From NCBI GenBank assembly GCA_043803405.1, contig JAZDKB010000037.1, positions 1 to 26,233 of the forward strand: a DNA stretch of 26,233 bases, given 5' to 3'. The DNA comes from Spirochaetota bacterium. GTDB taxonomy: Bacteria > Spirochaetota > UBA4802 > JAFGDQ01. The position numbers were made by a program, and so were the translations under genes. The notes under the pieces were generated by a model. That model was given only the letters and a program-made list of their open reading frames with translations, had not been told where the DNA came from and did not search any database. This document shows positions 6,501 to 12,477 of the stretch, piece by piece. Positions within the stretch are counted from its first letter, which is position 1; the number at the start of each line of letters is the position of its first letter.

Positions 6501-9234
6501 TCATTTAAAAAAGCTCCCAATGGATGATTGGTTTTATAAGCCTGTCTGGAAACCAATCCAATTGGAGTCAAATGCTGAATTACCGCAAGCCGCAACTTGT
6601 CTGCTTTTTCTGGATGAGGACGGCATAGGCGAGGAGCTAGCCGGGTACTTGCGGAAAAAAGAATATGACGTCATTACCGTGCGTTTGTCTGATTCCTATT
6701 ACAAGTTCAATGAAAGTGAATATTGCATTAACCCCGAACAGGGTCTTTCCGGCTATGTATCTTTAGCGGCTGATCTGGCGGCAAACGGACGGTTTCCAAA
6801 CAAAATTGCTCATTTATGGATGTTGACCGGACAGGAAACATTTAGGCCCGGGTCAAGTTTTTTTCACCGAAATCTTGAATGCGGCTTTTACAGCATTTTG
6901 TATTTAATACAGGCGCTTAACAAACAGGGATTAACAAATAGAAGTCAACTCCTGGTCGCCTTGAATGGCTCGCAAAAGGTGTATTCCGAGTATATACCAT
7001 ACCCTGAGAAGGTATGTGTTCTGGGGCCATGTATGGTTATGACCAGGGAATTTCCTCAAATGAAAACAAGTGTTGTTGATTTTGATTATCCTGCAAAAAA
7101 ACCGCAAATTTTACTGCATCCGAGAACTTTTATCAGTAAACGAATGCGCAAACGCTATGCAAAATTACTGGAAAAAGAACTGCTGGTTCCATCGGAAAAT
7201 GATATTATAGCATATCGGAAAGGGCGACGATTCGTAAAACAATATGAACAAGTCGCTTTACCATCTTCTTCGTCTAATTTACTTCGGAAAGGCGGAGTTT
7301 ACCTGATTGCCGGAGGATTGGGAAAAAAAGGTAAACAGATAGCTCATTATCTCGCTAAAAATATTCAGGCACGACTCATCATTGTAGATAGGAAACAACT
7401 GCCTGATAAAAAAGACTGGAATAATTTTCTATCCGGGACTGATAAAGAGCAGTCAATCGCCAACGATATTAAGACACTTCGCGAACTTGAAACTCATGGC
7501 CAGGAGGTAATATTTTATTCTGCTGATATTGCAGATGCAGGACAAATGGCAATATTGCTGGAGGATGTGAAAAGACGGTTTGGCGCTGTCAATGGAGTTA
7601 TTCATGCGGCTTCTATGGACACCTCAGATCCGATTTATATGCAGGATAACAACAAAGTGGAACGATGCTTTGCAGCCAGGGTAAAGGGGACACTGGCCTT
7701 AGATCAGCTTTTCCAGAAATTGGAATTAGATATGTTCATATTATTTTCCTCCAGTGATATTGTGACAGCAGGAACCGGGAAAGCTGGTGTTGTTGCAGCC
7801 GGTGCATTTATGGATGCATATACAGAAAATTGTGCTGCAAATAATAAAAGGAAAACAATATGCCTGGTTTGGGGATATTGGGATCATTCAGAAGTTCAAA
7901 CGGGAACAGGCTTAGGTGATGCTACAGATCCATCCGGAACCGTGTTGACGGATAATGAGCGGCTCCTGAATTATATATCAATGCAGGGACTAAAACCTGA
8001 AGAATGTTTTCAGGTTTTTGAAAAATCTTTGGCAGGTCAATCAGGAGTATTGGTTGTCTCACCGATTAATCTATTTGATTATGCATCTGAAATCGAATTA
8101 AGATGTTCAGGAACTTACGGAGATGAACTGGCTGAACCGAGGGACGATATTGAACGGACCCTGGTTGACTACTGGAAGGAGATTATCGGCATCAGACACC
8201 TTGGTGTCCGTCAGAATTTTTTTGACGTCGGCGGGCATTCGTTAACTGCAGTGCGTCTATTCGCAAAAATCCAGCAGAAGTATAATGTTCAGTGGCCGCT
8301 TGCAGTATTATTTGAAGCGCCCACTATTGAGGCATGTGCCAGGCTGATCAGGAATGAAATCCAGGGTAAGAGACAGAATAAGGATGGAGCTGACAGCCAG
8401 GAGTTTCGTTTTTTAGTAAAGATGCATGAGTCTACTGGAAACGATACCGTTCCGATATACATTGCCGCCGGCGGTTTTGGTAATGTACTTAACCTCAGAC
8501 ATCTTGCGCAGCTTATAGGTAACCAACGGCCTGTTTACGGAATACAGGCAAAAGGATTGCTTGGGGATGACCTCCCTCATGAAACGTTTGAATCAACAGC
8601 ATGTGATTACCTCAAAGAAATACGTAAGGTTCAACCGAATGGCCCGTATATACTAGCCGGATTTTGCTCAGGCGGGGAAATTGCTTATGAGATGGCACAG
8701 CAGTTAATTAATGATGGTGAAGATGTTTCACATGTTATAATGCTGGATGCGATTGCCTCGGACTGGCGGGAGAAACTGACCAGAAAGGATAAAATTGCCT
8801 TTCATATTATGAATTTCAAACGGGCCGGGATTAAATATCCATTTATATGGTTTGTTAACCGCGTTAAATGGGAATTGAAAAAACTCCGGGAAAAATTCGG
8901 CTTAAACAAAGAGGAAACAGGTCCGGCTGTATTTCGCGGAAGGGCTATTTTTGATGCCACCCTGAGAGCAGAAGACAGGTATAAGCCAAAACCGTATGCC
9001 GGCAAAGTGACCTTGTTCAGGCCAAAGCTTGATCAATTCGTCTTTTTGGACGGGGGAAGAGTAATAAATAAAAAACGCGAATTTGTGAGGCCGGACAATG
9101 GGTGGTCGCCTCATATTAAACAATTGGATATTCAGGAAATAGCTGTGGAACCGGGAGATCATGATGGTTTTGTACTTGAACCTGCAGTCCGTGATTTATA
9201 TTTTAAATTAAAGACAGTTTTAGAAAGTAAATAA
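3553..9234 (+). CDS. Single-module NRPS/PKS-derived protein: degenerate C - A - inactive KR - T(PCP) - TE (Cys nucleophile)
   Basis: C domain with HQIVADY at 4006-4026 in place of HHxxxDG. A domain motifs YTSGSTGRPKG (5428-5460), FDLS, NMYGPTE, YKTGD, GELYIGG, NGKVDRKAL. KR fold with GGLGKKG (7312-7332). T domain FFDVGGHSL (Ser at 8239). TE with GFCSG (Cys at 8665), MLD and GDHDG (His at 9160). Confidence 0.93.
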   Translation: MTNTSTSILNSSEGNTYRQIQASRQQQQIWMLNQLYPDNPAYNLSAAFRIKGKLNIEALNKSYFEAVNSYEIFHTSFQMDRGELKQIVTGIENIAILNEEFGAENNTRREESINQYILERVSAPFDHEKAPLIKAFLLHITNDDHLFLLVSHQIVADYASMNYLLQYISEQYSIFSNGLTVTDPLKPKQYSDYVNYQNQQIDEGSYAEKLNYWKNTVLNPNGFLDIPVSCTRPSIQTFEGKKHEYNFPENLSDSINKLAREMGISVEAVFLGLFQILLFRYTGNGGFSIGFPFLNRNTDKFNDLLGPLENILPFTSNISDSLALRNALLRTQKALQEASNHQDVTFDSIVEIIKPLHDPGYNPIYQVGFRFFKSPRLVLNNLEIIQHDCFNKTSFIDLFFNIIDDKGKYKLRIVYNPGLFDASAVAAFVEQYEVLLANALESKETPISLLNLLPEADKHKQLIDWNNTKRPFPKHRKIHEFFEYQASLNPDSIAVEFEKNKLTYRELDQRANQLAHFLQKYKVAPNVLVGVCLERSCEMMIALLGVLKAGGGYIPMDPEYPKDRIAYIAENSNAPVLITQQSLLSFLPETDASTVCIDRDWQEIETYPVDKFPDNAEPDNVAYVIYTSGSTGRPKGVQIPHGAVSNLMASMAKEPGMNKNDVLVCVTTYSFDLSVPDLYLPLYTGARTVFVKREIAADGPQLAKILKETKATFMQATPSTWTLLLDSGWEGSKELTALCGGEAWPANLAGILVPRVKALWNMYGPTETTVWSTCYHISNPDSPVLIGKPIDNTSVYVLDKNLQLVPIGVPGELYIGGHGVSLGYLGRPELNKSSFIENPFNIDGHPRIYKTGDSVRYRPDGNLEYLNRLDNQVKIRGLRIELGEIESVLLKFPNIKQGVVIVREDNPDDKRLVGYFVASDGNKISEKELREFLKSTLASYMVPHHIVQLDELPRTPNGKVDRKALPVPQQIIADEKQPYKDPTHLKKLPMDDWFYKPVWKPIQLESNAELPQAATCLLFLDEDGIGEELAGYLRKKEYDVITVRLSDSYYKFNESEYCINPEQGLSGYVSLAADLAANGRFPNKIAHLWMLTGQETFRPGSSFFHRNLECGFYSILYLIQALNKQGLTNRSQLLVALNGSQKVYSEYIPYPEKVCVLGPCMVMTREFPQMKTSVVDFDYPAKKPQILLHPRTFISKRMRKRYAKLLEKELLVPSENDIIAYRKGRRFVKQYEQVALPSSSSNLLRKGGVYLIAGGLGKKGKQIAHYLAKNIQARLIIVDRKQLPDKKDWNNFLSGTDKEQSIANDIKTLRELETHGQEVIFYSADIADAGQMAILLEDVKRRFGAVNGVIHAASMDTSDPIYMQDNNKVERCFAARVKGTLALDQLFQKLELDMFILFSSSDIVTAGTGKAGVVAAGAFMDAYTENCAANNKRKTICLVWGYWDHSEVQTGTGLGDATDPSGTVLTDNERLLNYISMQGLKPEECFQVFEKSLAGQSGVLVVSPINLFDYASEIELRCSGTYGDELAEPRDDIERTLVDYWKEIIGIRHLGVRQNFFDVGGHSLTAVRLFAKIQQKYNVQWPLAVLFEAPTIEACARLIRNEIQGKRQNKDGADSQEFRFLVKMHESTGNDTVPIYIAAGGFGNVLNLRHLAQLIGNQRPVYGIQAKGLLGDDLPHETFESTACDYLKEIRKVQPNGPYILAGFCSGGEIAYEMAQQLINDGEDVSHVIMLDAIASDWREKLTRKDKIAFHIMNFKRAGIKYPFIWFVNRVKWELKKLREKFGLNKEETGPAVFRGRAIFDATLRAEDRYKPKPYAGKVTLFRPKLDQFVFLDGGRVINKKREFVRPDNGWSPHIKQLDIQEIAVEPGDHDGFVLEPAVRDLYFKLKTVLESK

Positions 9235-9249
9235 ATGGAGCTATTTCTA

Positions 9250-9852
9250 ATGAATTTTATAAAAAAAATAATACGTTGGATTGCTTTAAAGTATGGCAAA
9301 TTAACTAATCTGTATATAAAATTATGTAGACCACGCGGTGAGGAATATGCACAATATTTGAAAAAGCATGGCCGTTTCAGGTCAATCGGAGATTATTGTT
9401 CGATCAATACTTTTACGAATATACCAGACCCTGAATTTGTGCGAATAGGGAATAATGTTCGGTTAAGCGGTTGTTCGCTTTTTGGACATGATGCCTCTAT
9501 TGCAGTTTTAAACCGCGCATATAATGTTAAACTGGACAAGGTGGGTAAGATTGATATTAAAGACAATGTATTTATTGGACATGGAGCAATTGTGCAGCCT
9601 GGCGTTACTATCGGTCCAAATGCTATTGTCGCAGCTGGCAGTGTTGTCACTTCTGATGTAAAAGAAGGAACCATAGTAGGCGGGATACCTGCCCGTACTA
9701 TTGGAAAAGTGGAAAAACTTGTTGCAAAACTAAAAAAAGAAACCGAACAATTACCATGGAATGACCTGATTCAGAAGCGTGTTGGGGCGTATGACCCAGC
9801 TTTAGAACCAGAATTGACAAAAAGGCGAATCAAATATTTTTTTGGTGATTGA
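9250..9852 (+). CDS. Hexapeptide-repeat (left-handed beta-helix) acyltransferase, sugar O-acetyltransferase-like
   Basis: IGDYCSI, IGNNVRL, IKDNVFIGHGAIVQPGVTIGPNAIVAAGSVVTSDV, VGGIPA. Start at 9250 is favoured because GGAG (9237-9240) precedes it; the alternative start 9235 abuts the NRPS stop. Confidence 0.88.
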   Translation: MNFIKKIIRWIALKYGKLTNLYIKLCRPRGEEYAQYLKKHGRFRSIGDYCSINTFTNIPDPEFVRIGNNVRLSGCSLFGHDASIAVLNRAYNVKLDKVGKIDIKDNVFIGHGAIVQPGVTIGPNAIVAAGSVVTSDVKEGTIVGGIPARTIGKVEKLVAKLKKETEQLPWNDLIQKRVGAYDPALEPELTKRRIKYFFGD

Positions 9853-10102
9853 TGATAGATCATCAACTGGCTGGTACAGTTGAATCATATAGGGAGACTC
9901 CTGAATCTTTATTAATATTATATACAAAAAAAATCCAACAGCTCATTATACTTATAACAATGCAGCATTTTTTCCAATGCTAATTAAATCATTTTCAGGT
10001 ATAAGTTCATCCTGGTTGCTGCCTATAAAAATTACTTGATATCAACATTATAGAAACAATAGTATCAATTTTAGGATTATTGTTTATTATATTATTGGGT
10101 AA

Positions 10103-11179
10103 ATGAAAATTGAAATGTTTAAATCAATAAAACAATTAAATTTCCCTAAAACCCCGTTAAAGCGTAGAATATTGTATAATTTCCACTCCTTCCTTCACTT
10201 ATCAAGAATAGATATAATTTTAGCACATACAATAGATGCTGACGGTGCAGTAATATTAGGGTATCATAGTGTTGCTTCAAATGAAAATAAAAGATGGATT
10301 GATCCAAGTAATCATATTCCAAGGGACATTTTTGAAAAGCACATGAAATTCCTCGCGAATAATCGTACTGTTATATCTATGGATACCCTTATTAATTCTA
10401 TAAAAGAAAAAAAGCCTTTACCCGGAGGAACAACAGTTGTTAGTTTTGATGATGGCTATCTGGATAATTTAACAAACGCGACTCCCATATTGAAGAAATA
10501 TAATCTTCCGGCAACAATATATCTCGCAACTGGATATATCGAAAGAGAAGAAAACCAGTGGATTGATCAATTATTCACATGTTTTAATGAACGAACAAAA
10601 GATAGACTATTGATTTCTGAAGTATCTGAGAAGCAAATAGAAATGAACGATTCTGCTTCCACATGGACTGCATATTCTCAAATTGCTAAATATCTTTTAG
10701 TAAGTACATATAAACAGAGAACATATATACTTGCATCTATAAAAAAACAACTTGTTCCAAATTATAATCCGCCCAAGCTCACTATGAACTGGGATGATGT
10801 ACGGACACTTGTTAATAACAACAGGAATATTACTCTCGGATCACATACTTATAATCACACAGATATAAGCAGGATAGTTAATAACAAAATAATATCTGAA
10901 ATTAAAATCTCTACAGAAGATATTAAAAGAGAGACAGGTCAAAGCCCTGTTCATTTTTCCTGTCCTTATTCCCGGACAGCAGAAAACTTACCGGCAATTC
11001 TCAATAAACTGGGATACTTATCATCTGTATCAGATAGTGCTGATTTATTAATTAATTCAAAAAGTTTTCCTTATGCTCTTGGGCGTGTTACGCCTCCGGT
11101 TAATTTATCCAGGCTGGCACACTATACAAGCGGTAATTATCCGGGAATATCAAAACTAATAATGAGGGGACGTTATTAA
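10103..11179 (+). CDS. Polysaccharide deacetylase (CE4/NodB family, IcaB/PgaB-like layout)
   Basis: ILGYHSV, SFDDGYLDN, GSHTYNH (H-x-x-x-H) and FSCPY motifs. Confidence 0.9.
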   Translation: MKIEMFKSIKQLNFPKTPLKRRILYNFHSFLHLSRIDIILAHTIDADGAVILGYHSVASNENKRWIDPSNHIPRDIFEKHMKFLANNRTVISMDTLINSIKEKKPLPGGTTVVSFDDGYLDNLTNATPILKKYNLPATIYLATGYIEREENQWIDQLFTCFNERTKDRLLISEVSEKQIEMNDSASTWTAYSQIAKYLLVSTYKQRTYILASIKKQLVPNYNPPKLTMNWDDVRTLVNNNRNITLGSHTYNHTDISRIVNNKIISEIKISTEDIKRETGQSPVHFSCPYSRTAENLPAILNKLGYLSSVSDSADLLINSKSFPYALGRVTPPVNLSRLAHYTSGNYPGISKLIMRGRY

Positions 11180-11248
11180 AGGAAAATAAAATTATTATAA
11201 ATAATTATTACGTCCGAAAATAATCATATTCTAATAAATAAAAAAATA

Positions 11249-12364
11249 ATGTTAAGAAAAACCTTTGCTGAAATAAATCTGAAAGCAATTAAAAATAATA
11301 TCAAGGCACTAAAAGAAAAAGCCGGCAATGATAAGAAAGTGCTTCTGCCTGTTAAGGCGGATGCCTATGGTCACGGTATTGTTGACGTATCGAGATATGT
11401 GGAAAAAAATAATATTATTGATATGCTCGGTGTAGCCACTCTTGACGAAGGTGTTAATCTGAGAAATGCAGGCATTAAGGTGCCTATTCTTGTGCTTGGA
11501 CTAATTATACCGGACGAAGAATCGACAGGGGTTATACTTGATTACAATCTTACACAGACTATCGCTGACAGAAGACTTGCAGAAAAAATTTCTGAAGCAG
11601 CAATGCTGAAAGGCAAGAAAGCAAGGCTTCATTTAAAAGTTGATACCGGCATGGGAAGGATTGGATGCAAACCTGAGGAAGCGGTAAGAATAGTAAAAGA
11701 AATATCCTCCCTGGAATTTATAGAACTGGAAGGGATATGCTCGCACTTTCCAGTGGCAGATGAAAAAAACACAGAATTCACCAATAAGCAGATTAATATA
11801 TTTTCGAAAATACTAATTCAAATTCAAAAGGAAGGCTTTGATATTCCTCTTAAGCATATATCAAACAGCGCAGGGATTGTAAGCTTTCCCGATGCCGCGT
11901 TAAACATGATAAGGCCCGGAATAATGTCATACGGATACCTACCTGCTTCAGGAATGAAACTGTATGACATTAAACTTGAACCGGCAATGACATTAAAGAG
12001 CTGTATTGTTTTCTCCAAAAGAGTAGCCAAAGGAGTTCCTCTTTGTTATGGATTGGCCTATACTGCACCGGAAGATTCAAATATCGCCACTGTAGCGATA
12101 GGATATGGAGACGGATACAGCAGGTTTCTGTCAAACAAAGCAAAGGTAATCATTAAGAGCAAAATATACCCCGTTGCAGGCAGAGTAACAATGGACCAGA
12201 TCCTGATTAACCTTGGAGATGATGAATATCCATTAGGCGAAGAGGTAATTCTTTTCGGCAGGGATAATATTACTGTTGATACTGTAGCCGAATGGATCGG
12301 CACTATCTCTTATGAAGTAACATGCGGTATATCCAAGAGAGTTCCAAGAGTATATATAGAATAA
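11249..12364 (+). CDS. alr: Alanine racemase
   Basis: VKADAYGHG (PLP lysine), HLKVDTGMGRIG, IRPGI, CYG, IGYGDG, GRVTMDQ, TISYEV. Confidence 0.97.
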   Translation: MLRKTFAEINLKAIKNNIKALKEKAGNDKKVLLPVKADAYGHGIVDVSRYVEKNNIIDMLGVATLDEGVNLRNAGIKVPILVLGLIIPDEESTGVILDYNLTQTIADRRLAEKISEAAMLKGKKARLHLKVDTGMGRIGCKPEEAVRIVKEISSLEFIELEGICSHFPVADEKNTEFTNKQINIFSKILIQIQKEGFDIPLKHISNSAGIVSFPDAALNMIRPGIMSYGYLPASGMKLYDIKLEPAMTLKSCIVFSKRVAKGVPLCYGLAYTAPEDSNIATVAIGYGDGYSRFLSNKAKVIIKSKIYPVAGRVTMDQILINLGDDEYPLGEEVILFGRDNITVDTVAEWIGTISYEVTCGISKRVPRVYIE

Positions 12365-12420
12365 AAAAACTGCGCCACTTCATCAAGACAGTTTTATTGA
12401 GTTTTATAAGTGGTCTCTTT

Positions 12421-12465
12421 AAAAAAAGGCAGGAAGTTGTATTTACACATAAAGAAGTTTCCTGC
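12421..12465 (-). terminator. Possible intrinsic terminator downstream of the FN3 lipoprotein gene
   Basis: GCAGGAA/TTCCTGC 7-bp stem with a long loop, followed on the - strand by a T7 tract; lies between converging genes. Confidence 0.35.
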
Positions 12466-12477
12466 AGGAGATTCCTT

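Noticed and set aside
8641..8680. Beta-lactone/beta-lactam antibiotic cluster implied by the Cys-TE
   Set aside because: The predicted substrate has no beta-OH/NH2, the C domain is degenerate, and no transaldolase, sulfotransferase or resistance genes are seen.
3553..9234. Cereulide/valinomycin-type depsipeptide module (C-A-KR-T)
   Set aside because: The domain order matches, but the A domain keeps Asp235 with a Gly-like code and the KR lacks the catalytic Tyr/Asn/Lys, so keto-acid activation and reduction are unlikely.
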